Origin: Acidobacteriota bacterium
GTDB lineage: Bacteria; Acidobacteriota; UBA6911; RPQK01; JADFOI01
DNA: 64,000 bases
Assembly (NCBI GenBank): GCA_963663035.1
Contig: OY760074.1
Coordinates: 2,624,001 to 2,688,000 of the forward strand
Direction: 5' to 3'
Both the position numbers and the translations under genes were made by a program. Below, one piece after another: positions 1 through 9,188 of the stretch. Within the stretch, counting starts at the first letter, position 1, and each line of letters starts with the position of its first letter. The notes under the pieces were generated by a model. It was not told where the DNA came from. It did no database searches and worked only from the letters and a program-made list of their open reading frames with translations.

Positions 1-332
1 AAACTTCCAACGGCAGCCGTCTCATCATCAAAGCTATCGAATACAGTGAGCAACTTCGTGATGGCCAGCAGTTCCCTGATCTTCTTGGTCAAGTTCAGCA
101 ATTTGAACTGTCCGCCCTGATTGGTGACCGTGGTATACGAACTGACCAGTTCACCAATTCCGGCACTATCGACATAAGAGACGTCGCCAAGATTCATGAG
201 AATATTCTTGTTCTCATTCTTCAGGAGCTCACGGATGGTCTCACGGACTTCCCGACTCCCCTCCCCGATGGTCACCTTTCCGTGGAGATCAAGGACGGTA
301 ACACCGTTCACACTTCGAGTATCAATTGTCAT
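1..332 (-). CDS. STAS-domain anti-sigma factor antagonist (RsbV/SpoIIAA-like), runs off window start
   Basis: Not in ORF track. Manual translation from ATG at 332: MTIDTRSVNGVTVLDLHGKVTIGEGS...LGDVSYVDSAGIGELVSSY (conserved DS phospho-Ser motif). Overlaps 3' end of the RsbW-like gene. Confidence 0.9.
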   Translation of the reverse strand, partial: MTIDTRSVNGVTVLDLHGKVTIGEGSREVRETIRELLKNENKNILMNLGDVSYVDSAGIGELVSSYTTVTNQGGQFKLLNLTKKIRELLAITKLLTVFDSFDDETAAVGS

Positions 333-810
333 TTTCTTCCTCTCCTTGCTTTTTATGATTCAATCTTTTCTCCATCCTCATTTGCAGCCCACCTCCGGGT
401 AGAGGTTCAAAGCCCACCTCATCCATAAATGACCGCACAAAGAAAACTCCTCTCCCACCGGGCTTGAGCAGGTTTTTGGGGTCCAGAGGATCACGGACCT
501 GCGACTCATCAAAGCCTTCTCCTTCATCTTGAACCAAGATCACCAGGCGATCGGGAAAGCTTTCAAATTGAATCCCAACCTTCTTGTTCTCATCCATCTT
601 ATTACCATGTTGAATGGCATTGGATACAGACTCTCGGATGGATAAACAGATCCAATAGCGGGTATCTTCATCAAATCCCACCATTCGGCTGATCGAGTCA
701 CAAACCTCTTGAACAAGATCAAGATAGCCGAACTGGCTTCCGAAGGAAAGGTGCAGATCTGCCTTTCCCAGACTGTGAACCTGATTATCCTTTCTGATTT
801 CCTCGCCCAT
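322..810 (-). CDS. Anti-sigma factor Ser kinase (RsbW/SpoIIAB-like HATPase)
   Basis: ESVSNAIQHGN (N box), DEGEGFD (G1), GGRGVFFVRSFMDEV (G2). Start uncertain; ATG at 810 chosen. Confidence 0.9.
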   Translation of the reverse strand: MGEEIRKDNQVHSLGKADLHLSFGSQFGYLDLVQEVCDSISRMVGFDEDTRYWICLSIRESVSNAIQHGNKMDENKKVGIQFESFPDRLVILVQDEGEGFDESQVRDPLDPKNLLKPGGRGVFFVRSFMDEVGFEPLPGGGLQMRMEKRLNHKKQGEEENDN

Positions 811-1014
811 CAAAAGTGGTAAATCATAATCAGGATCTCCAATCTTTGTCAACCGCTCGGACTCAACTGTCAGCCGTCGTTGACATGGGTGAAAGAATGG
901 GAGCTCTCCCGATTCGCCCAGATCCCACAAAGAAAAGCACTTGAGCAGATTATACCCTTCCCGGCCTCCACTGGAACGGAAATTGCTTTATGAGTAGTGG
1001 AAGGAGATTCATTA

Positions 1015-1479
1015 ATGACGCCCCGAATTCAAGCTCAACATTCCCACCTCGGTGATCGAAAAAGAACCAAGCGGACCAAGGCAAGATGGCTGCTCCTGAC
1101 ATCTTCCCTGCTTTTACTTCTGATGGGAATGCCTGTGACCGTCGTCGCTCGAGAAAAACCCTTCTTTGCGCCTGCCGAGTTTTCCCATCCGACAGAAGAA
1201 TTGCCTCTCCTTCTGCTAGCTCGCCGCTATGGCGTTACCGAGGCGGTGAATCTTTCTTTTCAAGCTCAAGCACAGGAACAAGCTCGCCGGGAGATGGCGC
1301 GACTCAAGGAAGCTCAACGACGGGACGAGGAACTTCGGAAGAAAGTGACAGAGCTGGCCCAAACCTCACTTCAACTCTATCAGAGGTTCTCAGACCCGTC
1401 GAAAGTCTATGCCGACACTCCCCAACTCGCCAAACGGTGTGAGGAGCTGGCCCAGGACATCAAAAAACTCCTGCGCTAG
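1015..1479 (+). CDS. Hypothetical exported/membrane-anchored helical protein
   Basis: AAGGAG RBS before ATG 1015; hydrophobic segment then charged coiled-coil-like region. Confidence 0.6.
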   Translation: MTPRIQAQHSHLGDRKRTKRTKARWLLLTSSLLLLLMGMPVTVVAREKPFFAPAEFSHPTEELPLLLLARRYGVTEAVNLSFQAQAQEQARREMARLKEAQRRDEELRKKVTELAQTSLQLYQRFSDPSKVYADTPQLAKRCEELAQDIKKLLR

Positions 1480-1568
1480 ACAGTCCCCCCCCTTCCGGCT
1501 TGTGTGTCGTCTCCCCTGCACAGTACAATCCCCTTGAAATAGTCCTGACCTAAACTGGCAGGACAAGA

Positions 1569-2708
1569 ATGCCCATGCAACCAGCTGTTGACCTGAATAG
1601 CGCCCAAGACCTGGAACAGATGTGTGCGGATGCCGCCAGGATTCGGGACCGCGCCAAGGGTCGGATCATCAGCTTCTCCCCAAAGGTCTTTATCCCCCTC
1701 ACCCAACTTTGCCGGGATGTCTGCACTTATTGCACCTTCCGAGAAGCTCCGCAGCAGGCCAAGAGAATTTACATGACTCCTGAGGAGGTGTTGGAAGTGG
1801 CCCGCGCGGGCCAACGGGCAGGCTGTCGAGAAGCTCTTTTTGTCCTGGGAGAAAGACCCGAGCAACGCTATCCGGAGGCGAGAAGCTGGCTGCGGACTGA
1901 AGGCTATGACAGCACCATCGAATACCTGGTCAAGATGTGCGAGCTGGTGCTCAAGGAGACAGATCTTTATCCTCACAGCAATCCCGGAACAATGACTCGA
2001 GGTGAGCTGGAGGCTCTCAAAGACAGCAACGTATCCATGGGCTTGATGCTGGAAAACACCAGTGCCCGGCTAGCTGGGCCCGGTGGTCCCCACCAGCACG
2101 CCCCCAGCAAACGTCCCGAGGTACGTCTGAGAACCCTTGAGCTTGCCGGAGAGCTGCAAATCCCTTTTACGACCGGTCTTCTGATCGGGATAGGGGAGAC
2201 GCCCGAAGAGCGAATCGAGACCTTGCTGGCCATCAAGGATCTACAGGATCGCTATGGCCACATCCAGGAAGTGATCCTTCAGAACTTTCGCGCCAAGCCC
2301 GCAACGAAGATGGAAAAGGCCTCTGAGCCCTCTCATCTGGAAATGCTGGAAACAGTTGCCCAGGCCCGAATCATTCTGGGTGCCCAGATGAATATCCAGG
2401 TGCCACCCAACCTCTCCTCGCAGTACCTGGATTATCTGGACGCCGGAATCAACGACTGGGGAGGAATCTCACCGGTCACCCGAGATTATGTCAACCCCGA
2501 AGCCTCCTGGCCCCATCTCATCCAGCTGAAACAGGAAATGCACACTCGCGGATATGAGCTGCGAGCCCGCTTTCCCGTCTACCCAGAGTACATTCTGCAG
2601 AGATCTCACTTTCTCCCCCCATCACTCCTGGAGCAACTTCGCCGCGAAGCCGATTCACAAGGTTACTTTGCAGGCAATGAGAGGCACGATCATGAGAGAA
2701 CGGCTTGA
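1569..2708 (+). CDS. cofG: FO synthase subunit CofG (radical SAM)
   Basis: SFSPKVFIPLTQLCRDVCTYCTF (CxxxCxxC), PFTTGLLIGIGET, IQVPPNL, DWGGISPVT motifs. Confidence 0.9.
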   Translation: MPMQPAVDLNSAQDLEQMCADAARIRDRAKGRIISFSPKVFIPLTQLCRDVCTYCTFREAPQQAKRIYMTPEEVLEVARAGQRAGCREALFVLGERPEQRYPEARSWLRTEGYDSTIEYLVKMCELVLKETDLYPHSNPGTMTRGELEALKDSNVSMGLMLENTSARLAGPGGPHQHAPSKRPEVRLRTLELAGELQIPFTTGLLIGIGETPEERIETLLAIKDLQDRYGHIQEVILQNFRAKPATKMEKASEPSHLEMLETVAQARIILGAQMNIQVPPNLSSQYLDYLDAGINDWGGISPVTRDYVNPEASWPHLIQLKQEMHTRGYELRARFPVYPEYILQRSHFLPPSLLEQLRREADSQGYFAGNERHDHERTA

Positions 2709-3975
2709 GCGCTGCCTGAAAGTAGCCGGGAAGCAGGTTGCCGGCATTCTGGACCGATCGCTTCAAGATCAGGATCTGACCGAGGACCAGATCGTTGACC
2801 TGTTTGATTCCAGGGGTGAGGATTTCTGGGCCCTGCTGTCGGCTGCCGACCATCTGCGCCAGGAAACGGTTGGCGAGCAGGTCAGCTATGTGATTAATCG
2901 CAACATCAATTTCACCAACGTGTGCATCAAGCGCTGCAGCTTCTGTGCTTTCAGCCGAACCTATCGCAGTGAAGAGGGATATTTCCTTCCCCAGGAGGAA
3001 ATTCTTAGAAGGGCCCGCGAGGCCTATGAATATGGTGCTACTGAAGTGTGTATTCAAGCAGGTCTCCCTCCCGACATGGAAGGCGATCTCTACATCCGCC
3101 TGTGCCGCGCCATTAAAGAAGCCCTACCCGAGCTCCACATCCATGCCTTCTCCCCCGAGGAGATCCTCTACGGTAGCCAGCGCTCCGGCAGACCGATCCG
3201 CGAGTACCTGTCTGAGCTCAAGAGCGCCGGCCTCGGGAGTCTGCCTGGAACCTCTGCCGAGATACTGGACCAGTCGGTACGGGATCGGATCTCACCGGGA
3301 CGAATCACCACCAGCCAGTGGATAGAAGTGATTCAAACGGCTCATTCCCTGGAGATACCCACCACCTCAACCATCATGTACGGTCACCTGGAGACGAGTC
3401 GGGATTGCGCCCGCCATCTCCTGCTGCTCAGGAACTTACAGCGCCAGAGTCAAGGCTTCACGGAGTTTGTTCCACTGAGCCTGATTCATAGCGAAGCTCC
3501 CATGTACAGGGACGGGTTGATCAAAGGGGTGCGAGCAGGCGCCACCGGCAGGGAAGTTCTGAAAATGCATGCCGTGTCGCGCTTGGTTCTGAATCGGGAC
3601 ATACCCAACATCCAGGTTTCGTGGGTCAAAGAGGGATTGAAGTTGTCCCAGATCTGCCTGACGTCGGGTGCCAATGATCTGGGCGGGACGCTGATTAACG
3701 AAAGCATCTCCACCTCCGCCGGAGCCGCCCATGGACAACTGGTACGTCCCATCGATCTGCGCCGCTGCATCCGAGATGCCGGACGCATTCCAGTGGAGCG
3801 ATCAACCCTCTACCAGGAGCTGCACCGGTTTGAAACTGAAGAAGATGAGTTGCTGAACCCTCTGGACCGCCTCTCTGCCGAAGAAGCCAGCCGCTTCGGC
3901 TCCTACCATCAACTCACCAAGATGGATCGCTTCCGTTTTCTGGGCACCAAGAGGGTCCCAGAATTAGTTCCATGA
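2692..3975 (+). CDS. cofH: FO synthase subunit CofH (radical SAM)
   Basis: NRNINFTNVCIKRCSFCAF, SLPGTSAEILD, NIQVSWVKEG, ANDLGGTLINESIS; overlaps cofG. Confidence 0.88.
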   Translation: MRERLERCLKVAGKQVAGILDRSLQDQDLTEDQIVDLFDSRGEDFWALLSAADHLRQETVGEQVSYVINRNINFTNVCIKRCSFCAFSRTYRSEEGYFLPQEEILRRAREAYEYGATEVCIQAGLPPDMEGDLYIRLCRAIKEALPELHIHAFSPEEILYGSQRSGRPIREYLSELKSAGLGSLPGTSAEILDQSVRDRISPGRITTSQWIEVIQTAHSLEIPTTSTIMYGHLETSRDCARHLLLLRNLQRQSQGFTEFVPLSLIHSEAPMYRDGLIKGVRAGATGREVLKMHAVSRLVLNRDIPNIQVSWVKEGLKLSQICLTSGANDLGGTLINESISTSAGAAHGQLVRPIDLRRCIRDAGRIPVERSTLYQELHRFETEEDELLNPLDRLSAEEASRFGSYHQLTKMDRFRFLGTKRVPELVP

Positions 3976-3989
3976 CTCGGTTCCACTGA

Positions 3990-4523
3990 GTGATGGCCAA
4001 CACGCTCACGATCCTTCGACTGCTCTTGCTGTTCCCCTTTGCCTTCCTCATGGCGCGAGGAGACGCCTTCTCTGCAGCCTTGGCTGGCATCCTTATTGTC
4101 GCCGCAATAGCAAGTGATCTCCTGGATGGGGCCATCGCCCGCCATCGGGGAACCGAGAGTGCAGCAGGCCGAGTCTCCGACCACACCACCGACTTTCTCT
4201 TCGTCACCAGTGGCCTGGTGGCGGGAGCCACGCGCGGTGTCTTTCCCTGGATCCTGCCGCTGGTGATCGCGGCAGCCTTTGCCCAGTACGTTATCGACTC
4301 CTACCTGCTTCACCAGCAGCGGGAACTCCGCATGAGCCGCCTCGGTCGATACAACGGAATCCTCTACTTTGTTCCTCTTTGCGGTGACATTTTGATTCGC
4401 ATGGGTCTCGGCTTCTTGCAGCCTCTCCTCGAGCCAGTGGTGTGGGTACTGGTTGCGAGCACGGTGCTTTCCATCGGTGAACGCCTGTTTATCCTGAGGA
4501 GCCGAAGCCGGGATAATTCATAG
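3990..4523 (+). CDS. CDP-alcohol phosphatidyltransferase family protein
   Basis: ANTLTILR and DLLDGAIARHRG...GRVSDHTTD signature; hydrophobic. Stop codon supplied by the MITE end. Confidence 0.85.
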   Translation: MMANTLTILRLLLLFPFAFLMARGDAFSAALAGILIVAAIASDLLDGAIARHRGTESAAGRVSDHTTDFLFVTSGLVAGATRGVFPWILPLVIAAAFAQYVIDSYLLHQQRELRMSRLGRYNGILYFVPLCGDILIRMGLGFLQPLLEPVVWVLVASTVLSIGERLFILRSRSRDNS

Positions 4524-4705
4524 GTTCTCGTTACGAAGCGGGGAAAACGCCGGAAAACAGAGCCGTGGGCTAAAGCCCACGGGCCCGCAGGCTAAAGCCT
4601 GCGGCTCCGACTGGCGCGCGAGGGGTACCCGCTTGCGGGTCGCGCAACGCCGTCAGGTTGGATGGTTTCGCAGCTGCAGTAGAGAATTTATGAATAGTCC
4701 CGGCT
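4506..4705. mobile_element. MITE family A, copy 1 (with nested REP doublet)
   Basis: Imperfect TIR AGCCGGGATAATTCATA / TATGAATAGTCCCGGCT; interior homologous to 14069-14327 and 26363-26572. Confidence 0.8.
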
Positions 4706-5680
4706 ACCGAAGAGCTCTCGATTGGCCCGCCGGAGAAACAGAAGACCGATCGCCGCGTTAAAGAAGATAAAAAAATTGTGCTGGACGAAACCGAAGCTGG
4801 TCATCTCACCTGGCCTTTCCGGGAAGAGCAGCACCCAGAGAAGGATTGCCACCGAGCGCATGGGCCCCGGCGTGGCCGCGCCGAAGAAGATCACGGGCAG
4901 ATAGCCCAGCATGTCGACGAAGTTGGCTGATATACCGAACAGTCTCAGGGCCAGCGTATAGACCACCACAGCCCCCAACAGGGTGGGCGAGCGGAGCACC
5001 ATAACGGCGCCGTAGTGCCAGAGCTTGGCCATCCGGAAGGAGTGAAAAATGGGTCTCTGGCGCAAGGCCATCTCCGAGCCGATTCTCCCGCTGAAGAAAA
5101 GATGGAAGAGGGCAAAGAATGCAGCGGCTCCCAGCGCAATCCAGGGGATCATGTGAAAGATCTCTGGGAAGTGATCCCACCGGAGTACCACCCCGATGGT
5201 GGCCCAGGTGAGCAGATAGTAAAACTCGCAGAGCATGATGAAGAGCATGCTGGAGCCGACTTCCCAACCCGGTACGCCGTCTCGGCGGTTGAGGTAGAGC
5301 GCCATGGCGCCCTTGCCGACCTGCTCGTTGAAGATGGACAGAATGTAGGCACTGGCACGGATGGGAAGGATGTCTCTATAACCGACCCGGGCATTGAACC
5401 AGTTGATCACACACCACAAGACCAGGCTGTCGATGACGAAAAAAAGCAGAGAATAGGGGACCATCAACCCCAGCCAGCGCCACCAGCTCACGCTCCCGAA
5501 GATCCCCGCAAGATAGGAGAGCAGCCCGCTTCCCTGCTCCGCCGCTGCGCGCTCGAGAAGAGTGTAGAGATAGAAAAAGCAAGCAGCCGTGATCAGCCAG
5601 GGAAGGAGTCGCTGCCAGAGTGGGAGCTTTCCCACCGGGACGGAAACAGGGTCGCTCTGGGACTCTCCAGGGACCCTCAT
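4688..5680 (-). CDS. Integral membrane protein, lysylphosphatidylglycerol-synthase TM/flippase-like
   Basis: About 8 hydrophobic segments; family assignment by overall pattern only. Confidence 0.6.
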   Translation of the reverse strand: MRVPGESQSDPVSVPVGKLPLWQRLLPWLITAACFFYLYTLLERAAAEQGSGLLSYLAGIFGSVSWWRWLGLMVPYSLLFFVIDSLVLWCVINWFNARVGYRDILPIRASAYILSIFNEQVGKGAMALYLNRRDGVPGWEVGSSMLFIMLCEFYYLLTWATIGVVLRWDHFPEIFHMIPWIALGAAAFFALFHLFFSGRIGSEMALRQRPIFHSFRMAKLWHYGAVMVLRSPTLLGAVVVYTLALRLFGISANFVDMLGYLPVIFFGAATPGPMRSVAILLWVLLFPERPGEMTSFGFVQHNFFIFFNAAIGLLFLRRANRELFGSRDYS

Positions 5681-6591
5681 TTTTCCTCTCCTTTCTCCAG
5701 GCTGTGTTTGATCATCTCATCTAGTCCTGTGAGCCGGATTCCCAGTTCACCAGCGGCAGGCGCCGGGTCCAGCTTGGTGTCCATCGTGATCACTTCCAAG
5801 GCATCCAGCGAAAATCCAGCCTTCCCGATTCGCTGTCCAAGGGCCAGTGCAAGCCGGACCAGCCCTTTTGGAATCGACGAGATCCGGATCTCGCGACCTG
5901 CCAGGGAAGCAGCGCGCTCGACCATTTCACGATCCGGCAGTGAGACCGGGCCCACCAGATTCAGCGTGCAGTCTTTAGCTACTTGGGGCTGGGAGGCGAG
6001 TGTGGCAGCACGCGCCAGGTCTTCCACCTCCAATGGCTGGTGCAGATTCCGACCTCCTGCGATGAGCCTTGCTCTGGACCGGCTCAGGTAGCGCCGCAGG
6101 GCCGCCGCCCCCTGAGTTCCGCGCCCCAGCAGCAGCGGCGCTCTCAGCACCGTATAGGAAAGCGCGGAGGCGCGGACCAGCGCTTCGGCTTCTCCCTTGG
6201 TCTTGAAGTAGCGGTTGGCCGAGGCTTCATCGGCTCCCACTGCGCTCACCAACACCAGCTTCTCCACTGTGGCATGCCTGGCCGCTTCCACCACGGCGCG
6301 CGTCGTCACCACGTTGGCCCTCTCGTAGGTGGAGCCGGGTCGTTCCACCAGGACTCCAGGCAGATGCAAAACCGCCGAAGCTCCCTTGAAGGTCGCCCGC
6401 AGGCTCTCGGGGTCATCATAGGAGATTCGGGCTACCCGGCTCCCATTGCCCGGAAGCGGCGGCAGCTGCCTGGCTGCTTGCTCGGACCTGACAGCGGCTA
6501 CAAAGACCATGGGTAGGCCCGCCTCCTCAGCTCCCTGCCGCAGGATCGCCTGCCCGACTGCGCTATTTGCACCGGTAATCACAACCATCAT
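5677..6591 (-). CDS. NAD(P)-dependent epimerase/dehydratase (atypical SDR, NDUFA9-like)
   Basis: VVITGANSAVG Rossmann start, LVLVSAVGA, YFKTKGEAE (YxxxK). Confidence 0.85.
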   Translation of the reverse strand: MMVVITGANSAVGQAILRQGAEEAGLPMVFVAAVRSEQAARQLPPLPGNGSRVARISYDDPESLRATFKGASAVLHLPGVLVERPGSTYERANVVTTRAVVEAARHATVEKLVLVSAVGADEASANRYFKTKGEAEALVRASALSYTVLRAPLLLGRGTQGAAALRRYLSRSRARLIAGGRNLHQPLEVEDLARAATLASQPQVAKDCTLNLVGPVSLPDREMVERAASLAGREIRISSIPKGLVRLALALGQRIGKAGFSLDALEVITMDTKLDPAPAAGELGIRLTGLDEMIKHSLEKGEEK

Positions 6592-6635
6592 GGCCTGGCC
6601 GGAAACGAGAATAACAGAATTTGGTTATGCACTTT

Positions 6636-6713
6636 GGGGAAATATGGGGACAGTCTACCCGTTCACCTCATTTCGAAATGAGGTGAACGGGTAGACTGTC
6701 CCCATATTTCCCC
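6636..6713. repeat. Perfect 78-bp palindrome between divergent genes
   Basis: 39-nt arm GGGGAAATATGGGGACAGTCTACCCGTTCACCTCATTTC followed directly by its exact reverse complement. Confidence 0.95.
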
Positions 6714-6756
6714 TGTATGATTTTGAAGCAGAGGTTTTCTTGAAGAGGAGCGGAGC

Positions 6757-7290
6757 ATGAGCCAGAGTAGTGGATTTCTAGTGAAGCGAGGGAAAGCCCT
6801 CGAGGACGAGTTTTTCCACCGGGAAAATCAAAGACTTCTTGAAAATCTGCGCCAGATGAAACAGATGGAGGAGTCCAAGGAGGCTCTAGCCGAGGCATCT
6901 GGAATCGACAATGATGCCATCCTGGAAAGTCTGCTGGAACTCAAGATTCGCGCCCAGACTCTGGCTGCGCTAGCCATTATTCCCCTCATTGAAGTGGCCT
7001 GGGCAGACGGGCATCTGGATCAGAAGGAACGGAACGCCATTTTAGCAGCTGCTCATGCTTCGGGCCTTCACAGAGGACACGCAGGTTACGAAATGCTGGA
7101 GACCTGGGAACAGTACATCCAAGAGCTGTGCAACCAAGTGACCGGGGAAGAGCGAGAAACTTTGGAGGTTCAATTTCTGGGACGGGCTCGATCTGTGGCA
7201 GAAGCCAGCGGTGGCTTCCTGGGCCTGGGGTTCAAGATCTCAAAGGCGGAAGCAGACGTGCTCGAGACCCTGAGAAAAGCCTTTCGCTAA
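6757..7290 (+). CDS. Conserved hypothetical protein (TerB-like fold suspected)
   Basis: RGKALEDEFF N-terminus, VAWADGHLDQKER, VAEASGGFLG; GGAG RBS. Confidence 0.7.
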   Translation: MSQSSGFLVKRGKALEDEFFHRENQRLLENLRQMKQMEESKEALAEASGIDNDAILESLLELKIRAQTLAALAIIPLIEVAWADGHLDQKERNAILAAAHASGLHRGHAGYEMLETWEQYIQELCNQVTGEERETLEVQFLGRARSVAEASGGFLGLGFKISKAEADVLETLRKAFR

Positions 7291-7300
7291 GTCTCCAGAG

Positions 7301-7377
7301 GGCCCGCAGGCTAAAGCCTGCGGCTCTGACGGAGCTGCCGAATCTCAAACAGAGCCGTGGGCTTTAGCCCACGGGCC
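7301..7377. repeat. REP-like hairpin doublet
   Basis: CCGCAGGCTAAAGCCTGCGG + spacer + CCGTGGGCTTTAGCCCACGG; reverse-complement copy at 19397-19471. Confidence 0.85.
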
Positions 7378-7386
7378 AGAGCGGCC

Positions 7387-8040
7387 CTACTTTTTGGCCT
7401 CGACCTCAGCCAGAAATGTCAGGAGTTGGCTTTGTTCTTCAGCAGACAGCTGTAGAAACATCAAAGCCACTAAATGGAGATCTTCTCCTTTATCTTTGAC
7501 CGGTTCAGATCGAACGACCCATCCCACCACAGTCACTTCCTGTGACGAAGATAAGCTGAGGTGCATCTCCAGTTTATCCTCCCTTTGCAAGGGAAGTGGG
7601 GTTTCAAAGGCCAACCCGCCGATACTGATATTCTGGATCGTGGAGTTCCGGACTTTCTCGTCAATGAGCTCAGTTTCAGCAGCATCAATGACGGTGAAAG
7701 AGAAAGGGATAGGCAAACGAACCCGGAAGGATTTCCTTCGCTGCAGAGTTGAGCTGCGGCCCACGGCGATGGTCACGTGCCGGCTCTCGGGGCCGGCGAC
7801 CTTGATAACCTGTGAGTCCCAGTAATACAGGACAGCCTTTGTATCCCAGTACTTGATCTCAACCTTCTCCCCTTCTTGGAGAGAGGTCTTTGAGGATGGC
7901 CTGGAAACCTCCAACCGCAGCAAACCCGGGGAGATGGCAACAACGGTAGCTGCCAGCTCCAGCTTTGACTCCCCTTGAACGGATATGGCCATCCCGATCT
8001 TCAGGTAAAGATCGAGGCCTTCAGCGTCCACTTTACTCAT
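7387..8040 (-). CDS. PilZ-domain c-di-GMP receptor (YcgR-like)
   Basis: QRRKSFR (RxxxR) and NISIGG (D/NxSxxG) motifs. Confidence 0.85.
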   Translation of the reverse strand: MSKVDAEGLDLYLKIGMAISVQGESKLELAATVVAISPGLLRLEVSRPSSKTSLQEGEKVEIKYWDTKAVLYYWDSQVIKVAGPESRHVTIAVGRSSTLQRRKSFRVRLPIPFSFTVIDAAETELIDEKVRNSTIQNISIGGLAFETPLPLQREDKLEMHLSLSSSQEVTVVGWVVRSEPVKDKGEDLHLVALMFLQLSAEEQSQLLTFLAEVEAKK

Positions 8041-8085
8041 TGGCCATGCTCTACAGAATGGTACATCAGGACAACGGCCAGGGAT

Positions 8086-8111
8086 AGACCGGATTATGCA
8101 TAATCCGGTCT
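8086..8111. repeat. Perfect 26-bp palindrome matching MITE-A terminal repeats
   Basis: AGACCGGATTATGCATAATCCGGTCT; contains the stop codon of the recombinase. Confidence 0.9.
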
Positions 8112-9164
8112 TTCCCGTTTCTCGTCTTTCTGGGCGCGACTGTAGCGGACCACGTGCTGCAGGGATCGGTGTCCCAGCAGCTTCGCCACCAGGGTCGGGT
8201 CACCGCTCTTTCTGAGCTGCTCCAGGGCAAAGGCATGGCGGAGTCGATGGGGATAGAGCTTCATTGGCGCCCGGTAGTGGATGCGGGCATGCTCGGCCAC
8301 CTTCCGAAGGAGAGCGTGAACATGCTGTCGCGAGATTTTGTTGGCATAGCGGTTTAAAAACAGCCAGCGAGGATCCGGATGTTGCCAGGGAGCCGATTTT
8401 TCGATTCGTCGCCTGGCCTGCTCAGAAAAACCTTCGTATTGAGCACAGAGACGGGCACTCGCCCTCTGCCGAAGGGCCCGATAGCCGTCCAGTTTTGCCC
8501 TGGCCGGCGCGGGCACATAAGCATCACGGAAGTGGCTCCCTTTGGCCGGAAAGCTCCTTAGCCATTCGCCGTCATAATGCTTCACCTCCAGATTGCAGAG
8601 TTCAGTCACTCGCAGGCCCACGGCATAAAGCAGATGGACAATGGCCTCGTCGCGCGCCGCTTCCCAACCGGGCTTCATACGTGAAAGGTCCTGGATGGAT
8701 TTAAACAGCCGCTTCACCTGAAACCGATCCAGACCTTTGGCTTCGGGCGGGTCCCGGGGCACGTTTTTCACACCCCAGACGGGGCACTCCCCGTCAAATG
8801 CCCGCTGCTCCTCACAGTAGCGGCCAAAATGCTTGACCGTGGCCAGAAAACGATTGACCGTGGCCGGCTTATAGCCCTGGGCCAGCAACTCCTCACGAAA
8901 ATTCTCCGTATCCCGCCGGCACCAGAAGGTGATCTCGGAGGATCGATTCCACTCCATGAAAAACCGGTAAAAGAGGGAGAGATCGCGGGCCTTGGCCTTC
9001 CAGGTGTGGAGAGAGCCCACGCCTGCAACGCGCTCGTCCAGATAGCGGCGGATCCAGTAGGCGAGATCCTGGCTGTGCTCCTTTGGGCCGAGGAACGGTT
9101 CCGATCCCTCTAAAATCTTATGTAACCGGAAATCAGCCAGTTGTACCAGGTCGTGTTCAGCCAT
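8094..9164 (-). CDS. Tyrosine recombinase (Xer/integrase family)
   Basis: ATVNRFLATVK, GLRVTEL (R), AKG (K), HRLRH (HxxR), LLGH, RY: full catalytic set present. Confidence 0.92.
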   Translation of the reverse strand: MAEHDLVQLADFRLHKILEGSEPFLGPKEHSQDLAYWIRRYLDERVAGVGSLHTWKAKARDLSLFYRFFMEWNRSSEITFWCRRDTENFREELLAQGYKPATVNRFLATVKHFGRYCEEQRAFDGECPVWGVKNVPRDPPEAKGLDRFQVKRLFKSIQDLSRMKPGWEAARDEAIVHLLYAVGLRVTELCNLEVKHYDGEWLRSFPAKGSHFRDAYVPAPARAKLDGYRALRQRASARLCAQYEGFSEQARRRIEKSAPWQHPDPRWLFLNRYANKISRQHVHALLRKVAEHARIHYRAPMKLYPHRLRHAFALEQLRKSGDPTLVAKLLGHRSLQHVVRYSRAQKDEKRERPDYA

Positions 9165-9188
9165 TTACCCAGCAATCTTACCCACTTC

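Noticed and set aside
2692-3975. MqnC/MqnE (futalosine pathway) instead of CofH
   Set aside because: Overlap with a clear cofG and the NESIS...AGA motif favour CofH.
5015-6091. Long antisense ORFs (also 38221-39243, 58899-60065, 62162-62986)
   Set aside because: Shadow frames of well-supported opposite-strand genes in GC-rich DNA; no motifs.
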